The notes under the pieces were generated by a model. It saw nothing but the letters and a program-made list of their open reading frames with translations, ran no database searches and was not told the origin of the DNA. Below are positions 25,435-32,000 of a DNA stretch of 32,000 nt, piece after piece (the stretch's first letter is position 1; every line of letters begins with the position of its first letter). The stretch is from Pyrodictium abyssi. Lineage in GTDB: Archaea > Thermoproteota > Thermoprotei_A > Sulfolobales > Pyrodictiaceae. Made by a program: the position numbers and the translations under genes. Location of the stretch: positions 870,001 to 902,000 of the forward strand of contig NZ_AP028907.1 in the NCBI RefSeq assembly GCF_036323395.1, written 5' to 3'.

Positions 25435-26394
25435 TTGATATGCAGTGTCAGCATCTACGTGGACGCGACGGGCTCTACGGCCAACGTGCTCTACGAGACT
25501 ACATGCGAGATGGTGTACATGTGTAGCAGCGCGGAGGTCGAAGTAGTTGGAGGCAGCGCTGAGACAACCGGGGAAAACGGTTGCATTGTGGCTCAAAGCA
25601 GAGGCGGAAAGACTACCTTAAGACTAAGGTATGGCGACCCCTATGCTGCCCTAACAAGCACGCCAGCGCGGCCAGCACTGCCACAGCCATACCCGCCCTA
25701 CGCTGTGGTCGACGCGAGCATCGTAGTAGATACCAAGCCTGGTGTAGACGCCTACGGGCTGCCGTTCCGCAAGACGGGGGTTGTTACTCTAACACAGCGT
25801 ACCCTCCTAGAAGGCCGCTCGATACTCCAGCTAGCTATAGCTGATACAGTCATAGATGAGGCAGTAGCTATCGTAAAGCAGCTAGGCTGGCTAGAGGCCT
25901 CATACCCCTTGCTATCCGGTGTAGAAGCTGTGGACGAACTGAAGTACTGTGAGGCGCTCCGGGGCTACGGGCTAAGGGCTTGGGGCGAGTGCGTCAACAA
26001 GCTTGGAGGAATAACAGCTAGTGAGCATCTAGCAGCGCTTAGTAGAGCCCTGGGCAACAAGCTAGTTTTCGAAGCCCTAGCATCAAGACTATATGCAGGA
26101 ACCGGATTAAACTCAGCTATAGACCCGCTATCTCTGGCTAAACGCCTCTACGAGAGAAGGCAGGTAGCACCAGTCATAGCAAGCATGCAGGGCAAACATG
26201 TAGTCATAGAAGGCCTAAGCGGGGTTACTCTATGGCTACGTGGCAGTCTAGATGGGGTAGAAAGAATAGAGGGGGTAAAGCTAGGTAGCGAGCCCATAGC
26301 GGTAGACGATATGTACAGGGAAGTCGCAGTAGTATGCAGATGGTGCTGGGAGCCACTACAGCTGTTCGAGAAACACAGACTAGTGGGCAACTAG
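25435..26394 (+). CDS. Hypothetical protein (319 aa), no recognised family
   Basis: Long ORF with protein-like composition (several Cys and Trp residues, structured segments), TTG start. Its 3' end overlaps the rad50 3' end by 15 nt. Confidence 0.65.
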   Translation: MICSVSIYVDATGSTANVLYETTCEMVYMCSSAEVEVVGGSAETTGENGCIVAQSRGGKTTLRLRYGDPYAALTSTPARPALPQPYPPYAVVDASIVVDTKPGVDAYGLPFRKTGVVTLTQRTLLEGRSILQLAIADTVIDEAVAIVKQLGWLEASYPLLSGVEAVDELKYCEALRGYGLRAWGECVNKLGGITASEHLAALSRALGNKLVFEALASRLYAGTGLNSAIDPLSLAKRLYERRQVAPVIASMQGKHVVIEGLSGVTLWLRGSLDGVERIEGVKLGSEPIAVDDMYREVAVVCRWCWEPLQLFEKHRLVGN

Positions 26395-29130
26395 CTCACG
26401 CACCGTCCCTGCACCAGCCACATCATCCCCAGGGGAGCGTATATTCACGACGCTTGCTCCATCGACTTTGACCACCTCTACAACCTTGTCCGCGGCGTCC
26501 TCTATCTCCCTGTCATGCGTTACCACTATTAGCTGTAGTAGCCCACTAGCTTCAAGACCATACTTGATAATCTCTACCAGTTCACGCCTCTTCTCCTCGT
26601 CAAGATGTATAGTCGGCTCATCCATTATCATAGACTCTATGCGCTCCCCCACCACACGGGCCAAGGCAAGCCTGTATGCTATTGCAAGTGCTATACGCTC
26701 ACCACCACTGAGCATAGATACAGTCTTTTCGCCTTCACGCGTCACCAGGACGACGCTATAGTCGTCCTCAAGCCTAACATCGAGAAAGTCTATATTAAAC
26801 TTCATCAGCGTATCCCTTAGATGGTACTCGAGGATATTCCTCACAGCTTGCCGGAGGACCCTCGGGATACCTTCGGGGCCCAATGCGCGGCGTATCCTCT
26901 CCAGGGCGTGTATCGCATCCCCATAGCGCTGAAGCTCCTCTCTTAGCCTGGATACCCGGCTACGGAGAACCTCGGTCTTCGACACCATTGTCTCGAGCTT
27001 CTCCCGCATACCCTCGAGCCTGGCCACCCGGCTTCTAAGCTCCCTGAGCCTGTCCTCAAGCTCTACTAGCCTTGCCTCGGCATGCTCTAGTGCAGAGCCA
27101 ATGTCGCCGATCTCCTCAAGCTCGCTCACTATGCTCTCCAGCTCACTCCGCACCCTGTCTATCTCAGCCTCTAGTTTATGTAGCTTAGCTTCAGCCTGAG
27201 GAAGCCTGGCAGCCTCGCTACGAACGCTAGCAATATACTCACGGTAGTCGCTTATCCTTTTGGAGACCTCCTCGAGTCCTTCAAGGTCTAGACCAGCCCT
27301 ACTGAGTATATCCTTAAGCAGCTTCTCGCGCTCAGCTACCTCCTTCTCAAGCCTGGTTACCTCGGCCTCAAGAGACTTATACTCGTCAGCTAGCGCACGA
27401 AGCCTCTGGTACCTGTTCACCCATACCTCAAGCTCACGGAGCCTCTGCCTAGCCTCTTCATGCTCCTTGTACTTAGCGAAAAGCTCAAGGTACTGCTGCT
27501 GGAGCTCCTGCTTCTGCTTTTCGGCGTCATCGGCCTCTCTAAGCATGAGCTCGATGCTCTTAGCCTCTCCCTGGACGGTCCTTGCAAGCCTCTCTAGCAG
27601 CCTCTTCCGCGACTCTAAGTCCCGCAGTTCTCTGCGGAGCATGTGCTCCTGGGCTTCTAGCCTCTTCAGCTCGGCCTCGAGGCGCTTCTTCTGCGCCCTC
27701 ATCCTGGATATGAGTTCTACACGGTGCTCGTCGCTTAGAGGCCTACCACACAGAGGGCACTTACCCTGGGCTTCTGTGAGCTTCATAAGCTTCTCTTCCA
27801 GGTCACGTATCTCCGAGCGCTTAGCCTCAACTTGTCCATGAATGTTCTCAAGCTTCACCCTTGTAGCATCTATAGCCTTATCCAGACTTGAAATCATAGA
27901 CTCCATCTTCTCTATGATCTTGCCGGGTTCCCGGGGAAAATCTAGAGGCACTGCGGCCCTCAACTTATCTAGAAGGTTCCTCATCCTATTGTTTGCTCTT
28001 TCGCGGAGAAGCCTAGCTCTGGCTTCTAACTGCTCTAGTTGAGACTTTACATGAAGGTAGCGCTTACTATCGTGTTCAAGCTCGTCCACCACGGCTCGGA
28101 GTCGTTCATACTCCTCCTTTGCGTGCTCGGCTTCCGGAAGAGCTTCTAGTTCTGCTTCGATTCTCTCTAGTCTGGACCGGAGCGAGACCAAGAGTTGTCT
28201 ATCGCGGCTAACCTCGTTTGCGAGGCTTAATGCCTCCTCTAGTAGCCGTAGACTCTCTTCAAGCTTTTCAAGCTCCTTCAGCTCTTCATTGGCGTTTAGC
28301 GCTATCTCATACTCTCTCCTAGCCTCTTCGTACTCCTGCTCAAGCCTCCTTAGTGCCCGTTCGAGCTCCTCCTTCTTAGCGTTTAGGAAGTCGAAGCGCT
28401 GCTTAAGCCTCCGCAGCTCGTTGATACGATCCCTTAGCTGGACATACTCCTTCTCAGCTTCCTCTAGTAGAGGCTTCAGCCTTTCAAGCTCCTCAACAAC
28501 CTTACGGTACTCCCGAGCGCTCTCCTCGGCTTCACGTAGACGTGCTTCCTCTGTACGATACTGTTCCTCAAGCATACTCTTCTTTGCGCGTAGCAGACGG
28601 AGTATCGATGCTAAGCGCTCGTAAGCCTTCTCTATCGCCCTTAGCTTCAGAATAGTATTCATTACATCGATGCGTCTCTCCTTGTCCACTAGTATCTCGT
28701 CTATCTCCCCCTGCCTAGTCACGAGCAGTAAATCGGCTAGAACCGGGTCTATGCCTAGTATCTTCCGTAGCTCTGCTTTCACACTTTCAACGCCGCGTGC
28801 GAGAAGCCTGGTAGTGCCGTTGCCTACCTGGTAAAGGTATGCTTGCGTAGCACCATTGCGCTGTATAACCTTCTGCAGACGGTACCTACGCCCGTTAGCC
28901 GTGAACTCTACGCTAATGCGCGCTATGGAGGCTCCAAGCCTTATTAATGCGTCTTTGCGGCTGCGGGCGCCACGGCTGTGTGACCCAAATATCGCGTAGG
29001 TTATAGCATCGATAATGCTGGTCTTGCCGGCACCGTTTGGACCAACTATAGCTATTATGCCCCGTCCAAAGTCTACCCGTGTTCTCCGATGGCTCAGCAC
29101 GTTTTCCAGCTCTACGCGCTCTATTATCAA
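26380..29130 (-). CDS. rad50: DNA double-strand break repair ATPase Rad50
   Basis: MIIERVELENVLSHRRTRVDFGRGIIAIVGPNGAGKTSIIDAI (Walker A), coiled coil with zinc hook CPLCGRPL, signature VSMLSGGERIALAIAYRLA, and Walker B SMIMDEPTIHLDEEKR. TTG start. Confidence 0.96.
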   Translation of the reverse strand: MIIERVELENVLSHRRTRVDFGRGIIAIVGPNGAGKTSIIDAITYAIFGSHSRGARSRKDALIRLGASIARISVEFTANGRRYRLQKVIQRNGATQAYLYQVGNGTTRLLARGVESVKAELRKILGIDPVLADLLLVTRQGEIDEILVDKERRIDVMNTILKLRAIEKAYERLASILRLLRAKKSMLEEQYRTEEARLREAEESAREYRKVVEELERLKPLLEEAEKEYVQLRDRINELRRLKQRFDFLNAKKEELERALRRLEQEYEEARREYEIALNANEELKELEKLEESLRLLEEALSLANEVSRDRQLLVSLRSRLERIEAELEALPEAEHAKEEYERLRAVVDELEHDSKRYLHVKSQLEQLEARARLLRERANNRMRNLLDKLRAAVPLDFPREPGKIIEKMESMISSLDKAIDATRVKLENIHGQVEAKRSEIRDLEEKLMKLTEAQGKCPLCGRPLSDEHRVELISRMRAQKKRLEAELKRLEAQEHMLRRELRDLESRKRLLERLARTVQGEAKSIELMLREADDAEKQKQELQQQYLELFAKYKEHEEARQRLRELEVWVNRYQRLRALADEYKSLEAEVTRLEKEVAEREKLLKDILSRAGLDLEGLEEVSKRISDYREYIASVRSEAARLPQAEAKLHKLEAEIDRVRSELESIVSELEEIGDIGSALEHAEARLVELEDRLRELRSRVARLEGMREKLETMVSKTEVLRSRVSRLREELQRYGDAIHALERIRRALGPEGIPRVLRQAVRNILEYHLRDTLMKFNIDFLDVRLEDDYSVVLVTREGEKTVSMLSGGERIALAIAYRLALARVVGERIESMIMDEPTIHLDEEKRRELVEIIKYGLEASGLLQLIVVTHDREIEDAADKVVEVVKVDGASVVNIRSPGDDVAGAGTVRELVAH

Positions 29131-29133
29131 GGT

Positions 29134-30324
29134 TTACCGCCTCCCCTTTAGACCAAATACTTCTTCGATAAGACGTATTGCCTCGGCCTCGGCGTGGCTC
29201 TGCGGATCAGAACCTAGGACGTCGACTAGCTTCATTGCTAGGTGTGCCAGCTTTTCATCCCTCAGTACGTCCTTCAGCAGTTCTTCGAGCCGTATGGTCG
29301 ACGACGCCTTCTGTATCGAAGGGGGCAGTTTGGCCTCAACAGTGTCTATGCGTAGACGGTATGAAAGCACGTGACGCGAAACTATGCTCTCAACCATCTT
29401 GTAGACAGATGTCTTGGCACTACGGGGCACGTTCGACACAGTTAGATGAAGTAGAGGCTTCCGGTCATCGGGGTAGCGAGCTAGCCGGTCACGAAGCTTA
29501 ACTAGAACCGAACGCAGCGACTCCATACTACTGAACTCTATCTCCTCCACTATCTGCGGCCTGACCGTCTCCAGGGCTATACGGTCGGCAGAGATAGTCC
29601 GGCTTTTCCCCACCTCTGCCATAGCTACGTATCTCTGCGGCTGTGCCAATGCCTCGTCCACGCGTAGAGCCTCAGTAGAGCCGGGATAGACGGCTACAGA
29701 GTCACCTATAACAAAGCGGCGATAGAGATGTATATGGCCTAACGCATAGTAGGAATAGCCCTTAGGAAGATCACCCAGCTCAAGCTCGTAGTCTGGAGCG
29801 ATCTCGTGAAGAGTCTGGTGGAGGATCAACACCGAAGGCTTCCCGGAGCTAGAAGGGATCCTGGCAAGATGGTCCAGCAAACGCTGGCGCGCACCTAGGC
29901 CCTTTTCGTTGCGAACCCCGGCTACGAGAAGCTCCGCCCCGCTGCGTGTACGCACCAGCCTATGCTCCGGGCCGCGTAGGCCTATCACGGCTACAGTGTC
30001 TACAACGTCCTCTATTATGAGAAGTGGTGGGAGCATACGTCTACGCGGCAGATCATGGTCTCCAGGGACTACTATAAAAGGTATACCAGCTTGGCTTAGT
30101 CTGCGTAGAGACCTTATGGCATAGTGTATTGCCTGGGGCGGTGGACGTGTAGAGTCGAAGAAGTCACCAGAGTGTACTACGGCATCAACCCTTTCCCTAA
30201 GTGCTATCTCGACTACCTCATCGAAGACCCGGTATACGTCCATCTCCCTATCTATCAGCCCATACTGCCTATAGCCAAGATGAGTATCCGACACGTGAAG
30301 TATCTGGACAGATTCTGCAGTCAT
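29134..30324 (-). CDS. mre11: DNA double-strand break repair nuclease Mre11
   Basis: ILHVSDTHLGYRQYGLIDREMD, VVHSGDFFDS, VVPGDHD, LILHQTLHE, YALGHIHLYRR phosphoesterase motifs. The track starts at TTG 30336; ATG 30324 is the likelier start. Confidence 0.94.
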   Translation of the reverse strand: MTAESVQILHVSDTHLGYRQYGLIDREMDVYRVFDEVVEIALRERVDAVVHSGDFFDSTRPPPQAIHYAIRSLRRLSQAGIPFIVVPGDHDLPRRRMLPPLLIIEDVVDTVAVIGLRGPEHRLVRTRSGAELLVAGVRNEKGLGARQRLLDHLARIPSSSGKPSVLILHQTLHEIAPDYELELGDLPKGYSYYALGHIHLYRRFVIGDSVAVYPGSTEALRVDEALAQPQRYVAMAEVGKSRTISADRIALETVRPQIVEEIEFSSMESLRSVLVKLRDRLARYPDDRKPLLHLTVSNVPRSAKTSVYKMVESIVSRHVLSYRLRIDTVEAKLPPSIQKASSTIRLEELLKDVLRDEKLAHLAMKLVDVLGSDPQSHAEAEAIRLIEEVFGLKGRR

Positions 30325-30383
30325 GCCTCCAAGCACCTAGCGCAGCCCAGGGGTATCCCTCCTTCTAGGCGTGTAGGGTGATA

Positions 30384-31931
30384 CTACATGAACTCTGAGA
30401 CAAAGTCATCCACACTTGTAGCCTCGTCCATCGTCCTGCGAAGCGACACCCACTCAGCGACCACGTCTATATCGGCTCCTCCGAGACGCCCCTCATAGCG
30501 GTCTATCCGCACCAGGGCTGGTATGCGTATAAAGGGGCCTATAACCACGGCCTCCCCCGTGTTGAGAGACGGTAGGTGGGCTACTAGGTCGTCGCTCAGG
30601 CTCTCACTCGCTGCCTGGATGTAGCGCTGGTCACTCGGCTCCACTATCCGTAGCACTATGAGGTTGTTAGCCTGGCTAAGTATCTCCGGGTCTAGCCCCT
30701 TAGGCCTCTGGCTAACCAGCATCAGGCCTACGCCGAACTTACGCCCCTCGCGGGCTATTCTGGCGAGCCAGTACTTGGACAAGGTATCCTCATCCCTAGG
30801 GGCCAGTATGTGCGCCTCCTCCACGACTATGAGTATAGGGAACGGTATCTGGCTCGAGCCGGTGAGCTTGTGGCGCTTCCTTTCAGCTAGAACTATCCGC
30901 AGTACATGGCTTACCACAGCGTCGGCAGCGTCACGGTCTACGCGGCTCAAGTCAACAACGTTAGCGTAGCCAGGACGGATCCTCGACACCGGGTCAGCCG
31001 CGTCGTCACGTATTATGTCACCATAGCGCTCCTGGAGCGACTCAATCTTGTTAACCACGGCTGTTGCTGCAGTAGACTCCTCCCTCCTCCGGTGCGCCAT
31101 ACGCTCCACTATACTAGCCAATGTCTCCAGGAACCCGCCTCGCTCCTCGGAGCCGGACTCTCTCAGCTGTGATAAGGCCTTGCGTAGGACGCGCTCCTGG
31201 TTATAGTAGCGCTGCTCTATGCCCAGCAGAACCATCAGCTCCGATATGCTTAGCAGCCGTGGGTTTAGGACCGGGTCAATTACGTTGACATGGCCGCCGA
31301 GGTTCGAGCCAACATACTCGCCGTGGAAATCGAATATGAGCACAGTGCCCCCATGCCTAACAAGCCTATCAACTATTATGGCCACTGTGTTGCTCTTGCC
31401 GGCACCAGTAACAGCGAGAATTGCGGTATGCCTCGTAACCAACCTATTGACATTAACGTAGACCGGTATATCCGGGCGCGAGGCGAGCACGCCCAGACGA
31501 ACCCAGTAGGGCTCCTCGCCTCCGAACACACGCTTGAGCATCTCGCTAGGAGCACGATACACCCTGGCGCCTGGCAGAGGAGGTAGACGAGGCATACGAA
31601 GCGAGTCAACAGTACCCAGAAGCCTTGCAGTACACTCGAAGAATACGTCCTCGTCGCCCATTTCCGCGCTGAGCTTCTCGACTATAGTCGGATCATATAC
31701 TCCTGGCAGAGCGTTCAACGTTATGCTCCTAGTGCCGACCTGCTCGACCATCCCTAAGATAGCGCCGCCAGGGTGTTCTATCATAACGTAGTCGCCGACG
31801 GGTGGCGGATTTGACGAGACAAACCTAGCTATTACCGGTGTAGAGTTGTCTACGACGAAGCCTAGAGGCCCCTCATGAGTAGATGGGCTGCTCTCGGAGT
31901 TGTCATGCCTAGCGGTTCCTGCTCTGTGCAT
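30384..31931 (-). CDS. herA: DNA double-strand break repair helicase HerA
   Basis: LAVTGAGKSNTVAIIVDRLVRHGGTVLIFDFHGEYVG (Walker A and beta2), FPILIVVEEAHILAPRDEDT (Walker B), SQRPKGLDPEILSQANNLIVLRI. Confidence 0.94.
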   Translation of the reverse strand: MHRAGTARHDNSESSPSTHEGPLGFVVDNSTPVIARFVSSNPPPVGDYVMIEHPGGAILGMVEQVGTRSITLNALPGVYDPTIVEKLSAEMGDEDVFFECTARLLGTVDSLRMPRLPPLPGARVYRAPSEMLKRVFGGEEPYWVRLGVLASRPDIPVYVNVNRLVTRHTAILAVTGAGKSNTVAIIVDRLVRHGGTVLIFDFHGEYVGSNLGGHVNVIDPVLNPRLLSISELMVLLGIEQRYYNQERVLRKALSQLRESGSEERGGFLETLASIVERMAHRRREESTAATAVVNKIESLQERYGDIIRDDAADPVSRIRPGYANVVDLSRVDRDAADAVVSHVLRIVLAERKRHKLTGSSQIPFPILIVVEEAHILAPRDEDTLSKYWLARIAREGRKFGVGLMLVSQRPKGLDPEILSQANNLIVLRIVEPSDQRYIQAASESLSDDLVAHLPSLNTGEAVVIGPFIRIPALVRIDRYEGRLGGADIDVVAEWVSLRRTMDEATSVDDFVSEFM

Positions 31932-32000
31932 TACAGTGTCGCCTCCAGTGCGACGTCGGCGTACAGGACCCGCCTGGTCTGATGCATACTAGCCTCTGGA
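31931..32000 (-). CDS. C-terminal fragment of an upstream gene, partial
   Basis: The reverse frame ending at TAA 31933-31931 is open to the window edge (PEASMHQTRRVLYADVALEATL*) and its stop overlaps the herA ATG as TAATG, typical of an operonic junction. Confidence 0.45.
   Translation of the reverse strand, partial: PEASMHQTRRVLYADVALEATL

Noticed and set aside
27260-28624. Ser/Leu-rich plus-strand ORFs antisense to rad50
   Set aside because: SSSS/CSSS-rich strings are the expected antisense translation of Glu/Leu/Arg coiled-coil codons.
1-32000. CRISPR arrays, transposases, integrases, toxin-antitoxin pairs, restriction-modification or other known defence genes
   Set aside because: No regularly spaced direct repeats and no diagnostic proteins were seen on either strand; apart from the WhiP-like locus the window looks like core genome.

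Overview
This window looks like ordinary chromosomal backbone from a hyperthermophilic crenarchaeon, possibly of the Desulfurococcales/Pyrodictiaceae type. That placement is inferred from archaeal-only families, frequent GTG/TTG starts and compact gene packing. I could assign about 30 CDSs. Recognisable genes and families are: aRF1, an Nre-family repair protein, a DUF2258-like protein, a two-winged-helix WhiP-like protein, a P-loop ATPase, an AlaX-type editing protein, an M50 protease, an ATP-NAD-kinase-like protein divergent from an archaeal NMN adenylyltransferase, several small HTH/Zn-ribbon and hypothetical proteins, a short ESCRT-III/Snf7-like protein, AglB, ArgF, a heme O synthase-like UbiA protein, MoaA, a VIT/CCC1-like protein, an HD protein, ApgM, a JAMM-motif protein, GlnA, and a Rad50-Mre11-HerA cluster. 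I found no CRISPR array, transposon, rRNA or convincing tRNA, and no clear new defence system. The best leads are the WhiP-like gene beside a repeat-rich AT-leaning intergenic region (possible replication origin or regulatory island), the hairpin-rich leader upstream of the ctaB-like gene, the short ESCRT-III-like gene beside aglB, the JAMM protein beside glnA with a palindrome in the glnA divergent region, and the Mre11-Rad50-HerA cluster with no recognisable nurA inside the window. All family assignments come from reading motifs by eye; no searches were run.
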